A stretch of DNA of 64,000 nt, taken from contig NW_025964112.1 in assembly GCF_023055435.1 (NCBI RefSeq), positions 54,622,001 through 54,686,000 of the forward strand. Reading direction: 5' to 3'. This document shows positions 48,559 through 62,044 of this stretch, piece by piece. Source of the stretch: Haliotis rufescens (taxonomy: Eukaryota). A program made the translations under genes and the position numbers. Numbering within the stretch: position 1 is the stretch's first letter; every line of letters starts with the position of its first letter. The notes under the pieces are model-generated. The model had not been told where the DNA came from. It saw nothing but the letters and a program-made list of their open reading frames with translations, and searched no databases.

Positions 48559-48930
48559 GTTTATGTCTAGAGTTGTATTTTGCGGCTCTGTATCGGAAGG
48601 GGATCGGGGGTTGGAGGGAAGGGGGGCACGCCAAAAATCCAGGTTCGATCCCTCTTGGGTAGAGACGTGTTAAGCGTTCTCTGTTGTTTCACGCAATATT
48701 CCAGCTATATGACGACGGCCTGTATTTATCGAGTCCGGTCGATCCACGCAATTGGGATACGATGACATGCTATCTACCAAGTCACCAAGCCTGACCACCA
48801 GGTCATTTTGGTCGTCTCTTATGACAAGCATAAGTTGCTGGGACCTATAATCTTACCCGGAATAACGAGTAAAGTGACATGGAACAAAGTACGGAATCCG
48901 GCCCTGCTTGTGTCTATCACTGTGCCAACT

Positions 48931-49088
48931 GGGGCGGTCGGGTAGCCTAGTGGTTAAAGCGTTCGCTCGTCACGCCGAAGACCAGGGTTCGATTCCCGAC
49001 ATGGGTACAATGCGTGAAGCCCATCTCTGGTGTCCCCCGCCGTGATATTGCTGGAATATTGCTAAAAGCGGCGTAAAACTAAACTCAC
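48931..49088 (+). mobile_element. SINE family B, full length (tRNA-Asp(GTC)-like head)
   Basis: TAGCCTAGTGGTTAAAGCGTTCGCTCGTCACGCCGAAGACCAGGGTTCGATTCCC resembles eukaryotic tRNA-Asp (..GTCACGCGGGAGACCGGGGTTCGATTCCCC); 14-bp TSD TCACTGTGCCAACT. Confidence 0.93.
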
Positions 49089-49159
49089 TCACTGTGCCAA
49101 CTTCAGTCGCAGTATAGCAGGAATTCGATGCGGCATGGCGCCCATTGACCTATATTACC

Positions 49160-49435
49160 GGCACTTATATAGTGACGTGCATGCACGTGCATGTGATTAC
49201 TTGTACTAGTCCGGACTTTACAGTGCTCTCCCACTGAGGTTACCATGCGGCAGTTTAACATGAACGTCCAACTCAGACAAATAATACTGACTCCGAGCCG
49301 TTAATGCCGAGCGCCAGGCGGGGTAACAACAAGTGCCATTTTTTAAAGGTATTTTGGTATAACGTTGCCGGGGATCGAGCCCCTGACCTTCCACTCTCCG
49401 ACTGACGCTCTATCCACTACACAACGGAGGTTGTT
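49160..49435 (-). mobile_element. SINE family C
   Basis: Reverse complement matches 11759-12140 (CCGGGGATCGAGCCCCTGACCTTCCACTCTCCG). Ends approximate. Confidence 0.78.
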
Positions 49436-49865
49436 ACTCGCAGTAGAGACAAGCCCCGATTATTATTCTTGGTCTGTTGAAAGTGGTTGTCGTTAAAAAC
49501 CTCCGTCATTTGGCCTTTCTTTCGATATTAGGCTCAGAAGCTTTGTTCTGGCTGACATTTAGTTCATCAGTGTTCATTTTACCTAATGATGCAACTGATA
49601 TACTCTACCAAAAAAACCCGCAAAAGTAGTAAAATCGTAAATATATGACAAAGTGTTGCCTACGTCCATACAAAATTATTACCTATATAGTGAATTGGTC
49701 ATTTCTGCATGGATTGGGATTGCTTTGCGTGGAAAGAATGAGGTACTGCCGAAAGTTTGTGAAAAGATAGAAAAATGGCAAAACCACAACCACGTGAGAG
49801 CATGGCGCCGAAACACGCCAACATGACATACATTTGCAACATAATAACTTTGGGTTTTCATTTGC

Positions 49866-50819
49866 ATGCCATAACAATCCTACAGCAAGTGAACAGCGAT
49901 ACATGCCACGACTGACACAGTAGAATCATCTTCAGCTGCAGCAAGGTTTTTCCCCGCACCATTACAACACTGGAACCGTTATCAGACACACGGGACAACA
50001 CGTGACCTTCCTAGATCCGGTCACCACGTATTATTACTAGAGCTCAAGACAGATTCATACGGCACCACCACGGCCACCTCTACAGCTACGGCAATACCAG
50101 GATTGCGTAGAATATCAGCCCAGACAGTGAGGATACGTTGACGCGCTGAATGTATTTCGACGGACCTGCATCGTCGGTGGCGACGTCAATGGTGTCAAGG
50201 TCACAGAGTATGGCCACAACTGCGATAGAGTTTGGTGTTTGGTGTTTGGTTTAGTGATGAGTCACTGTTTATACTTCGCTGTGCGGATAGAAGACGTCGC
50301 GTTTACAGCCGTCTCGGGGAAGGTCATGCACTGGAAACTGTATACAGGAAGTGGACAGATTTGATGGTGGTTGTGTGATGATGTGGGTGGCCATCTCCTG
50401 CACTGGTAGAACAGACTTGGTGCAAGTTCTTAGGAATTAACGGGACAACGTTACACGGATGAGGTTCTTTTGCCACACTTCCTTCCCATCATGCAACAAA
50501 CGAACGTCATTTTGCAACAGGACAACGCCTGACCTCACACCGCAAGACTGACAACAACCTTGTTCATGACTTACAACATCCAGGTCCTGCCATGGCCCTC
50601 CAGGTCTCCAGATTGAAACCCAAATGAACATTTATGGGGTGCACTGGATCAACGACTGCGAGAACGTCGGAAACAACCAAAGAACTCCGACAGTTGGCAC
50701 AAGCAATGCAGGCAGAGTGGTTGAACATTCCCCAGGCAACCATTCGGGATCAATTTGCTTTCCTATAACGACGATGCAAGTCAGTTTTGGACTCCATTGG
50801 TAGCCAGACAAGATATTGA
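49866..50819 (+). pseudogene. Decayed, near full-length Tc1/mariner transposase
   Basis: Fragments WNRYQTHGTTRDLPRSG, AQDRFIR, WFSDES, VMMWVAIS, LQQDNA*PHTAR, PWPSRSPD*NPNEHLW and terminal GSQTRY*; many stops and frameshifts. Confidence 0.9.
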
Positions 50820-51842
50820 GAACAGATGACCTTCATCTTGAAAATCTACTGTTGGCGTGGTCAATGACAAGGATTTTTGCCAATTTTGAACAATCGACTA
50901 CCATCTGTTGAACATGCATATGATACATAAAGTATTCATCAAAAATCACTTTTTGCAGAATATATGAACATAGCTCTCGCTAATTACTTGTCATGGCTCA
51001 TCTGATCTGGTTTTTATCAACTGTGTTCAAACCGAATCGTGTTCTCTTCTAGATGGTTTCGTTCTGTGAGTAGTTCAACCTCTCTTACAGGCTATACTGT
51101 TCGATCGTTGTGATATCATTGATATACACCTGGGTAGATATCAATCTGGAATACTGACGAGTGTAAAGAATACCTGTCACAAGATCAGCGTGTGCATTGA
51201 TACGCAATCGAAAGAAACCTACAGTCTTAAGAAGCCGAATGGTAACAATACACTTTCATTGCAAGAAAGGCAGGATCATTAAAAAAACTGTGACGGATAA
51301 TCAATGGGGCTTTATAGATTTCCGTCAAGCGTTATGACAAAATCGACTCAAAAAAGAACGTGACCGAATAGGTATGGCATTATTGATTTGATGTATGGAG
51401 TAAGTGAGTGAGTGAGTTGTTTTTGTTATATCAAGGAACACTCAGACTTCATCACTCTTATGAAAGCCATCTGAACAGGGAATTGACCAACATAACAAGG
51501 ATTGGCGTAATTTCAAGCGGATCCTTGCACATAAAAAGGACGAAACTCTGCATACTTTAATTACGCCGCGTTGACCACAGTGCGCCTTGGACCAATACGT
51601 CCAATACAATTTACAATGAAACCTAGTTTATCTTCCAGACCCTAAAGAATAAATAAGAAAGCAAATCAAACCCAAGGCTTGAACATATTGATAAATATAG
51701 ACTGGCCTCAGCTCCTGAAATTTAGTATTGTTCTGGGATCCAATGTTGTTTTAGTTTTCATTTTGTAGATGTAAACCTTAAACCTAAACATTAGCCTCAA
51801 TCAAACCCGTTAGTCTTCGTTGGACTGGACAATTCAATACAC

Positions 51843-52640
51843 GTGGTCCTGTTTACAGCGCACAGGACACAAATCAGGTAAAGGTGAAGCAATGTTGGTC
51901 GCGGAGAGTAGTTGGATGGGTGACCACATTCGGCACCGTGGCTCCTGAGATGTGTTCCTTTGGAAAGTAACTTTGTTCGAAAAATGCCTCTGTTCACCCA
52001 GCAGTGAATTGGTACTTGGTACCCAGCGACTTCTCTCAGGAAGCGCTGCCTTGTCGCACCCACCCAGAATGTTTCGGAGAATGTGGAGACTCCCCAACAC
52101 TGCAGCCTTCTGCATTACCCAGATTGTCAGAAGGGCTGTGTTCCAGCAGGGAATGGGTACTAGGTACCCAGCCAATGGGACTTCTTCTCAGGAAGCCCTG
52201 CCTAGTCAAACCCACCCAGAATTTTTCGGAGAATGTGAAGACTCCCCAACACAGCAGCCTCCCTGTCAGCAACCCCGGGTACTCTCCCAAGGTCAGTCAA
52301 CGGATTTGGGAGGTACCAAACCTAAGGCACCGAGAACAATGTAGATTCGGACAACTTGGTACTTGGGATGCATGCGAACATTTCATAAGCGAAGTCCGAA
52401 TATTTGTCATGTTATTTTCCTGAATCTCGTCAATCATATTAGTTTCAACAGCCACAGCGAATTCAATTATATAAATGATTTCATTGGGTTTATCAAAACA
52501 GGATCAGGTTTGTTGGCCTGGATACCTCTGAGCTGTAGATGGGCATATTCCAAAGGGTAATAAAAAAAATAAAAATAATAATAATAATAATATTAATAAT
52601 TATAATAATAATAATAATAATAATTATTATTATTATCATT
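51843..52640 (+). mobile_element. Old SINE-like element with a 5S rRNA-derived segment, CORE/Nin-like domain, internal ~115-bp duplication and (AAT)n tail
   Basis: AAGCAATGTTGGTCGCGGAGAGTAGTTGGATGGGTGACC (51887-51925) resembles 5S rRNA (AAGCAACGTCG...TTAGTACTTGGATGGGTGACC); direct repeats at ~52000-52110 and ~52144-52260. 3' boundary uncertain. Confidence 0.55.
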
Positions 52641-53764
52641 ACTTGGTTATATTGATTTAATAGTTAATCTAGATATGTGTCAATCCGGACGATTTCACAG
52701 GGAGTACACGTGTCCGGAGTATAGATGTACTTTAGTGTTGGCTTAGAAGATACCTCCGCGTGTATATGTGAGTATGTGCGGACAAATGGATCCATTTCGC
52801 GTGTGCGTGTCGGCGCAGCCTGGCTGGACGTCATTTATAACCTACCAGTATCGGATCTGCACTTGGGACGAGAATACCTTCAGTGAGAGACACTAATTTG
52901 TTCTTCGAAAGGCACGTTGAAATAATTAAGAAACACAATCGAATAGTTTGGTTCAAACACTAGCTCCTGTCTGTACTGGCGGACTCATCCCTTCCCAGCC
53001 TCCGCTGCACACCGTTGATGCTTCGGACTTGTCCCGCTCGCCAAGCTCTCCACATGTACCCACTGGCATGTCTTGCACGTTCATCCTCAGTAATGCCACA
53101 GGCTTGGGAGACAGACAGAAATTACTGAACATACTTGCAGCGACTACCAATACTCTTCTGTAGGGGAGGTATGGACTTAGACTTGCATAAGTCTCTAAGG
53201 AAATAATTTTTAGTTTAAATCATATTTCCTACCTTATGTAAATAATAACAAGTTGTCCCTGTAAGAGACTGAAGTCCTTCTACTGTCCACATATCTAGAC
53301 TTGCCTATTAGGAGGACAGAATTACTACATATCCATGGACTTTTCTCTCAGTACAGCCTTGGAGCAAGGCTAGTGTAGACCGATAAACAGCATGTAGGAA
53401 CAGGAGTAGGGGGAACGGAGGTGAAGGGAGAGGCGTGGAAGGGTGTAGGTAGCAGCTAGGGACAGGGGTAGGGGTACGGGTAGGGTGTGTCTGTAAACTA
53501 ATAGATTGTGTCGTAGATTGATAGGTTGCAGCTGGTGCGGGGATGGGGTTGGTGATGGTGGTGGCTATGTCAGGGGTAATCGTTTCCATTTGTCAACTTG
53601 TCACATAGGAGAAGAAAGAAATTATTCTCCACACATTCGCAGAAATGAAAAAAAGATCATAGCCCCGTCAGTGGATGCCTGTCGGCACCACATTGGTGAA
53701 GATGTAGAGAGCCGTGTTTTTTTCGACTACTGTCGAGTTCAATTACAAGATAATAAGGGATTAA

Positions 53765-54270
53765 AAGAGGGAGTGGTCGGGTCGGAGTCAGTATAATGTG
53801 TCTAAGAGGAGTATCCTTGTTAAACTGCGGCATTGTATCTCAAGATAGTTTCACAGTAGAATAGGTCTACAGCAAGCCATGCTTGCCGTAAAAGGCGACT
53901 ATGCTTGTCGTATGAGACGACTAACGGGATCGTGTGGGCAGGCTCGCTGACTTGGTTGATGCATGTCATCATATCTCATGGGCGTGGATCGATGCTCATG
54001 ATGTCAATCACTAGATTGTCTGGTCCAGACTCGATTATTTTTAAGACCGCCATCATATAGCTGGAATATTGTTGAGAGCGGCGTTAAACAAGAAACAAAC
54101 AAACAAACAAATATTGTATCTCATTGTATAGCTATAAAACTTCATTACCCAGTCTAGAAATAGCAGCCAGACACACGTGCATGCACGTCGCTATATAAGT
54201 ACAATTATCTTGAACGCGACGTTAAACCCAATTCTCCTCTCCTCACCTCACCTCACCTCACCTCACCTAA
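53765..54270 (+). mobile_element. 5'-truncated family C SINE containing a family D insertion (53843-54112)
   Basis: TSD ATTGTATCTCA (53832-53842 / 54113-54123) flanks the D copy; the family C end carries a (CACCT)n tail. Confidence 0.82.
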
Positions 54271-55986
54271 CCCATACTAGCTCCAGATGACGATGGCGCG
54301 GAAGACTTTGTATGTCCTAACTTGCTAAACTCTTGACGTCTGGAAAGGGCGATGATGTACGGCCAGCTGTGATTACCCCATTACGAGAGCAAACAACCAC
54401 GTGGTTAGATATGATTAACGGATGCCTCTCTTGAGGCTGGTGCTGATTGCCGAGTGATATATGAAGTACTTGTTGACAGCCCAACACTGCCGATATGGTC
54501 ATGTTTGTACAGACAGTGGAAGCTGATCTGTAGGGCAATAAGACACGACGGAAGGGTCTCGCATTTCCAAAAATTAATTGTCTATCATGACAGTGTAAAC
54601 GTTGGAGGATCATGTGACGCAATATTATCTTATGTAATTGGTTGCATTTTCATGTTATGATTGATTATGAAGTTCGCGGGATGAAGGCAAATTACTTCTC
54701 ATTAAAGCTACGATTTCATTATGAATGTTTGGAGATTTGGGTATGATAATTGTAATTCTAAAGTAACGCCACAGTAAAAGTTTCAAATCGTTTTATGGTA
54801 GACATGTGGAGGACATTTCCAAATATGGCCCCTCTGTGACAAAATGATGCCCAGTGCAAATCCCGTGACCATATGTTCCCGTGTTTATTTCAGATGAACA
54901 ATTGACGAGTGTCATCTTTTCGCAAACACTTGGTAACATCACTTTTGGGTAATCATTCCTAGACACAAGCTCATGATATAGTCGGAATCATAAAGTCGAC
55001 GATATCTTAGGGATATCAAAATGTTTTGTCGGTTTCTCCTCAAAAGTTCTAGGCAATGGGTTTCGCATGCCTTCGTGGATGGAAATAGAAGACAAGCATG
55101 ATAGCGCTGATCCATGGATAGTAACTACTGATTTTTCCATCTGATAGTCTGAAAAAACCCTCCAACTGCCATTCTTGTTCGTTGTGATCTGGAAACCACC
55201 ACCAACCTACACGTCTTCAAGCGTATGTTGTCCTGGTGAAAATGTCCTCTTGTAAAGCCTCAAGGCCTCTTACATTATCGAGCGATCCATTATCGGAATA
55301 CGACTCTCGTAGGTTATTTTGTTAATGTTGATATCTTCCACTTTCTTTAAGTAATTGATTTTCGAGCTCTTAATGTTATTTGCAGTAGATAGCCAAATGT
55401 AGTTGACATCTGTTTTAATGTCAACATGGCTAAAAACAGTATTAATTCGTTATACAACATGGATAGCACTGGAAGATGAGCTCACGGAACAAGCACACAT
55501 CTATCCTAAAATAATACCCTTAGTACTGCGTAACAACCACCCACCCTATTCCCCTCACCTCAAATCCACTCGCTCCATACCAAACCCATCCCTTCCCATT
55601 ACACCCGTCTTTAAAGCATTAGTCATTCACATGTAAGTGCCTTGCTCCAGAACCGGTTGACGCAATTGTATTTGCAATTCCCTTGTTTGTTGTGGTTGTG
55701 GTTGATGATGGTACGATTGACGAGGCATCAGCTTGAGATTACAGCCATCTACGTCGGCCTCATCACGCAATGATACCTTCAGCATGGTACTTTCTGACTT
55801 AAATGAAAGCCCAGTGTCGTGCATGCTCTCATTCTCTTCTGCAACGCGGACTATAATGGAAACAGAACGACGGTGTATGTAAAAGAATTCAATAAGGTTC
55901 TCGTAATGAGGGACCCGTTATCTTATACATTTAGATTTACCTATTTATGACTCAGCTGCTACCAAACGCATTTGTAACTTTAAAAT

Positions 55987-56133
55987 GGGTTGAGTAGCCT
56001 AGTGGTTAAAGGGTATGCTCGTCTCGCCGAAGGACCGAGTTCGAGTCCTTACATATGTTAGACCAGTTTCTGGTTCCCCCGCCGTGATATTACTGGAACA
56101 TTGCGTAAAGTGGCGTACATCTAACTCACTCAC
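55987..56133 (+). mobile_element. SINE family B, diverged
   Basis: GTAGCCTAGTGGTTAAAG...CCCCCGCCGTGATATTACTGGAA...ACTCACTCACT. Confidence 0.75.
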
Positions 56134-57538
56134 TTTGCAAACAAGCAGTGGTTGTATGCCGTGAGCTTCATATTTCATTCTAACAGGGGCGTCGCCTAAC
56201 TGACTGCGGTATGCTAGAAGAGACCCACGATATATAGATTTCACCTCCTGTATTCTTTACACACAGCGTTTCGAGGCTACTTCTTGCCCCTTCGTCATGT
56301 GGAATGACTGCAGCATACTCCCCTTTAAGTGCTTTCTCTGACATGGCAGTAGTTTAGAGCGTACATGTCATGTAACCTTCGATATAGCATTATCCCACAC
56401 CACCATTTACCACACAGAACATGGCCGTTAGTGTTGCTCGAAGAAGGTCATCACACTATACGCTGCTGCCGTTGTCGTCGTTGACGGCGAGCGTAATTTC
56501 CGATCTTCTGTAAGGTCTCGACTTTTGAAGTGACTTGCGAATTCTGTTTTCGCATCAGTAAACCTGGTCTTTTAGACTGCCGCCTATTGCACTCGACAAG
56601 AAGATTCAATCAGATTTCTAAAAACTTTTGCAATAAAAACGCTCTGTAAAGATATGTGATCAGACGTGTTTCACTCCCGAGCTCATGTGTTGAATGTATG
56701 AAAGCGAGGGGAGTAAAAATATCTTTCCCATTAGAGAACTGTTCCGAAGTCAGGAAGATTTATAAAGAATGTTCATCACTGTTGATTAAGTTCATTTCAT
56801 CTTATTGAGGTTGAAAAAAAGAAAAAAAGTCTAAAAATGGGCTAAAAGACTTCTGACATAATTGAAGTTGGGTATTATTTGACAAAAGTGTGTTTCTTGT
56901 AAAGCAAAAGATTTGTTAGGGTATAATGAAATAAAACGACAGTGCCTAGTCTTTCTAGTCCTGAACCAAAATGTTGTAATTGGGGAAAATTCACTTTTAA
57001 TAATGTTATAAAAGCTTCAGTTGACATGCTGTCATATACGATTCAAAGGTTGTCGGTATTACATCGATCCCAGCGATGATAAAACCTGCGATTTATAAAA
57101 ACCTCGACCTGGCGAGAGAGGGAAGTGAATTTTTAACTGTGATAAGGAAAAGCCAATTACAACTGTCAGGGAAGAAAACTCACATTGCCTTCAAGGAGAA
57201 CTGCGTATTTACTGGCGCACATTTCAATCACACGTATTAACAATGTTTTTGAAACTTCTCACTATTTATTTCCAGTCGAGGAACCCTGTCAAGTCAGCTG
57301 TATTCTAACTAGAAACATGCTTCTACTGCCATCAGTCGAAATCGTTCTACTATCAACATTAACGTGCTGATTTGGGACAAGGTCACGTGATCATTACAAT
57401 TATGAGCTATGCTCTGAATTTATAATGGCTATTGTAAATACATAAATGGCGCCCTAAGCACTCGACTTAAAATGGTTTGTGAATCCTATACTCTATATAT
57501 TTTGGATATGTCCTTTACAGAAAATAAGTGTTATTAGT

Positions 57539-57710
57539 GACCGCCTCCGTGGTCAAGTAGGTAGAGGTCTGCTCGGGGAGCGGAAGGTCGGTAATTTTAT
57601 TCCCGGCCGTGTCATGCCAAAATACGTTAAAAGATGACACTTGACATCCTCGGCATTAAGGGGATAATACAAGGACTGACCAGCCCAAAGTCAGTATACT
57701 GTGTCTAAGT
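57539..57710 (+). mobile_element. SINE family C, 3'-truncated
   Basis: GACCGCCTCCGTGGTCAAGTAGGTAGAG...CCCGGCCGTGTCATGCCAAAATACGTTAAAAGATG. Confidence 0.78.
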
Positions 57711-57725
57711 ATTCTTTTCTTCTTT

Positions 57726-58000
57726 GGGCACGGGTGGCCCAGTCGTCTAAGGCGCCGCGACTCGCTGTGTAGAGTTGCGTCCCTTAGGTACGCCAGAACC
57801 CTGATTGTGGTTTCGAATCCCGTTTCGCCCAAATTATGTTTCTTGGTTTGTCAGCACCATATCCGTGCTCGTGGGTTTCACCGAAGTGGTAAACGTCTGA
57901 GACACATCACTTCGGGCTTTCCTCCTACATTAAGCTGACACGCCGTGATATAACTGGAATACTGTTAAAAGCGGCGTTAAACCCAACTCACTCACTCACT
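57726..58000 (+). mobile_element. SINE family A
   Basis: Matches the family consensus over its full length. Confidence 0.9.
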
Positions 58001-58397
58001 CTTCTTCTTCTTAGTAGTAGTAGTAGTGGTATATGCAGTATATGTAGCAGTGGATAGCAGTGTTAGAAAAAGCGAGTGATTGAAGGAAAGGGATTCTAAA
58101 AATAAATACAGGAAAATATCATTCTCTGGCCATGCTAGATATTATGAAAAATAACGTGTGGGTAAAATACAACGTGTATGTTTTGACGCGCTGATTAAAA
58201 TAAACTCCGTCTCAAAGAAACCTTCTCCAAATTTGGTAGCTCATGGGGATGAATGAAGACAAAATGCAGGTGTTCTCCTACCCGTATCGACATACGCTGA
58301 AATGTATTCCACTTCGCCCCTCTTTAAGCAGGGTTTAAATTGAATAACACATACCTGTAAACATCATTGCGAGTATTGTCACTACTGTGACAAGTTA

Positions 58398-58808
58398 GTG
58401 AGTGAGTGAGTTGGGTTTGACGCCGCTTTGAACATTATTCTATTTATATCAAGTGTGTCGGCTTAATGTTGTGAGGAAAACACAAAGTGATGCTGATCTC
58501 AGAGTTCACCACTTTGATGAAACTCACGAGTACTGGTTTGCAGCTGACAAATCTAGAAACTCGAACCGAAAAACACAGGTTTCTGACGCGACTAAGGAGC
58601 ATAACTATAACAGCAAACTTAGGCGTCTCAGAATATTGCGTTTCTCGTGTCCCTCCCACTGTAGTGAGTGAGTATTGTTTTTCGCCGCTTTTAGCAATAT
58701 TCCAGCAATATCACGGCGGGGGACAATGGACTTCACGCATTGTACCCATGTGGGAAATCGAAATTCGGCGTGAAGAGCGAACAATTTAACCACTTGGCTA
58801 ACCCCCGC
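58398..58808 (-). mobile_element. Decayed family A (58398-~58650) and family B (58663-58808) SINEs in tandem
   Basis: GTGAGTGAG tails followed by recognisable but diverged bodies. Confidence 0.7.
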
Positions 58809-61036
58809 CAAGTCCCCAAACCCTCCTACTGCATCGGTTAAGGCACACTGCTATGTTTGGCTATTCGCAGACATATGTATTTTTCTGAGATCAGTCCAAG
58901 ATCGCTAAAGAACAATGACGTCATGTTGATGCACGGTCATCAAAAGCCCGTTTATTATTTATGTTTTAATGTTTCTGTTTACGAACTTAACCTTTGGGAA
59001 GTGTTCTCCGTTTGTAGGTAACATCCACCATAGACATAAAATGAACCCCATTTCTCTGAACATGCGCCACTGGCACTCTTAGATCTCTGACTTACAAGTA
59101 CAACGTCATGCTTTGTTGGTCTCATTACGGGCACTCAATATGACGTCGCGTGAGACGGAACAATATCCCCCAGTCTTTATCATTCAGTGTTCGTCATTTG
59201 ATGATTGCAACACTCACTACATCGATCGTTAATAGCTAACAAATTCCCTGTGATCAGTTTGGATTGAAATGAGATTATCTGTATCAATCCGGTTGTAATT
59301 ACGAACGCGGATCGATCAAGGTGGAAAGCAATCGAGTTTTGCAAAGTCGTTTTATTTAATCAGGAGTTCAAATGACTGAGTTTTATTGCAACCCACTCGT
59401 AGTAAATTCGCTCTTTATTCAATACTTGTCATGTTCAATGTCTAAATTCAACAAGCACCTGCATGGAAGACTGGCCGAATGCTTAAACACATACCACAAG
59501 GGATTATCAGCCATAAAACAACTTTTGTAATGATTCATAAAACCAAATTAAAAAGAGCAAATTGTACAATAAAATTGACACTATTTGAATATTAGATCAA
59601 GCTGAAAATATCAATGACATGGTATCAGATTCTTTTCATCTAGAAAGTCATGTTGTATCTTGCTTGTAATCTAATGTCTCATTATCGAATTAGAGGGAAG
59701 TAGCCTCTTCAGATTGGTTGGAAACGAGAACATTATTCCAGTTACGTTATGACCTATATCTACAACCTTATCCTCATTTAGCATGGCGAGTTCCTAAACA
59801 ACTTCTTTTCGCGGGGTCGGGCGTGGCGCTTTGGTGTGGGGATGAGGTAAGCATCGAGCGATACCCACGATGGCTTGAAGATGTAAATAAAAACGACAAA
59901 ACCATTTCTATATTCATCAGAAATCTCTGCCAAAGATTTTACGCGAAACACATTTCCAAGAACCATTGAGAATAAAACTGACAAAACCCTTTTGATATTC
60001 ATATGATATTGTCGACTGTACGATTCCGACTATAACATGAGTTTGCTTTTATTCATCACTGTAAAAAGTGATGACACCAGGTGTTCGCGAAAAGGTGAGC
60101 GTAAGTAACGCGTGACCTCCTACCTCACAATTGATTTCCTTTTCTAAATACGATACCAGTGTTACAACTATCTATTATATATGTATGTAGGAGAACCCCG
60201 TGACGCTAAAATTACACGATAACGTAAGTCTCGGTTTGGGAAAAAGCCGCGCGTGGAATGAACCTTTGATGACTACCTCTAATACACGCAACAAGCTTGT
60301 TTAGTCATTAAATGTGTAAGACAATTTTAATTTTCAAAATGTTTCATTGTTAATATTTTATCCATATTAAGATATGAGCGAACAGCAAACCCATCACTCA
60401 ACGACACCGTTGTATTTTGATCACGTGGTTACTGTCCAATTAATGACTGTCGATTCTTCCCCCGGATTGTAACCACGTGATTAAAACTCAATGATGATGT
60501 TTATCGCTAGCAAAATTGATATTTCTTGAAAAGCGAACTTTGCAACTGTCATTACTGTAAGTTATATTCCTGGAATGGCTTAAGCTTGTTTTCAATTTAT
60601 AAGTATCAGCACACATGCAGCTATCTTCGTTAAGTAATGATCTATTTTTAAGTGACGAGGACCATAGTTGCGTTTTTCCAAATTGAAATTCAGAATCTGC
60701 ATGAACCATGAGCAAATTATCATGGTCTCCTTTGGACAAACTAGTGTATTATTGGCAGATGGAGAACGTTCTTATATCATGAATTAGTCCATTAGCTGTC
60801 TTTCTTAACAAAATGAGCATGTTTTCAGAATGACCTTTACGATAAATTATCTTGAAAATAACATGATCATTCCCTTATATTTTGGCCATGGAGCAATTGT
60901 TGACACGTTATTTACCAGATAACGGCAAAGATCAACGTGTAATATGATTAATAAGGAGCAAAAGAGAAAATAAACAAACAAACAAACAAACAAACAAATA
61001 AATAAATAAGTTTTTTCCAGCGAACTTTTATGATGT

Positions 61037-61067
<31 letters not shown>

Positions 61068-62044
61068 GATGATGATGATGATACCCTCTTTCATGATGTT
61101 GGTATAGTACCTTAACTAGGCCACGCTTTATGGTAGAGAGTTGTTTCATGTCGATAAAGCTATGATGTTTGGTGTGGAAACATTGACGTCAGTGAGAAAG
61201 TGCATTAGATACAGTTCATAAACTGGTCAGGAGTCAATCAGTATTTCCCCGTAAACATTACCGTAAAGTAGTAAATATGTCAGCCCTATTATCTGACCGG
61301 TACCCCACTGGGCGGTGTGTTACCGAAATAGTCCAACACGTTCGTGTGCGTGTTAAAATCATACACCGAGACCGTATCACAAAACAGTCAACAACAAATA
61401 ATGCCTCCGCCTTGTAAATAGTTCCCGATCATTGTGAGTGGTAACGTGAACGATCGATAAGCCAATCAAACAGCTGACATTAGGAGGCAATAAGTTCGCC
61501 GTCTTTGTCAATTAATGGAAGCATCGTGCCTCAGGCTTATCAAAGACAATGAAATTTAGAAAATCAATTGCCGAGGGGAAGTAGATTTTAAGAGAGGACG
61601 ACTGCGATAAAGCAGCGTTTGGTACCGTCATGACGGAGCTGCAGGGATACGAGATACGACCAATTACATGGAGAAAAGCATTGCAATTCCATTTCTTATA
61701 AACAAATTTATCTCATGCAAATTTCGATCTTAACTCATTACAACTTGTGAAAAATATTGCCTGACGTTTGTTTAATAGGATGAAATTGTAATTCTTAAAA
61801 ATAATAAATAATGAAAACAGTACATGAAGAAAACATAAGAAGATTGCTATGTAAACTGGTCAAGTAGTCTCGTGGTGTCCCTGATTTCTTTAGGTAGAAT
61901 TTATCTTTTAATATATAATCGAATTGTACCCATATAATTTTTATTTTCAGGTAAACGAAAAACTTATTATATAGACTTGTAAAGGATTGCAAACTTGCTT
62001 GTGAGTTTTCGGATATTTCATTTTCAGGGTATGAATGATAGATC

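Noticed and set aside
48931-49005. Functional tRNA-Asp gene
   Set aside because: No proper acceptor stem; it continues into a SINE body with tail and TSD and is multi-copy.
51887-51927. 5S rRNA gene
   Set aside because: Only ~40 nt resemble 5S, with several mismatches, and it is embedded in a repeat.
51797-52423. Cluster of five overlapping ORFs (84-139 aa)
   Set aside because: GC-richer repeat-derived sequence with an internal duplication; no protein motifs.
52953-53175. Minus-strand acceptor (CCTCCCCTACAG) followed by a 65-aa ORF
   Set aside because: No recognisable protein similarity and no partner exons found.
53459-53485. G-quadruplex motif GGGACAGGGGTAGGGGTACGGGTAGGG
   Set aside because: Lies in low-complexity purine-rich intergenic sequence with no linked feature.
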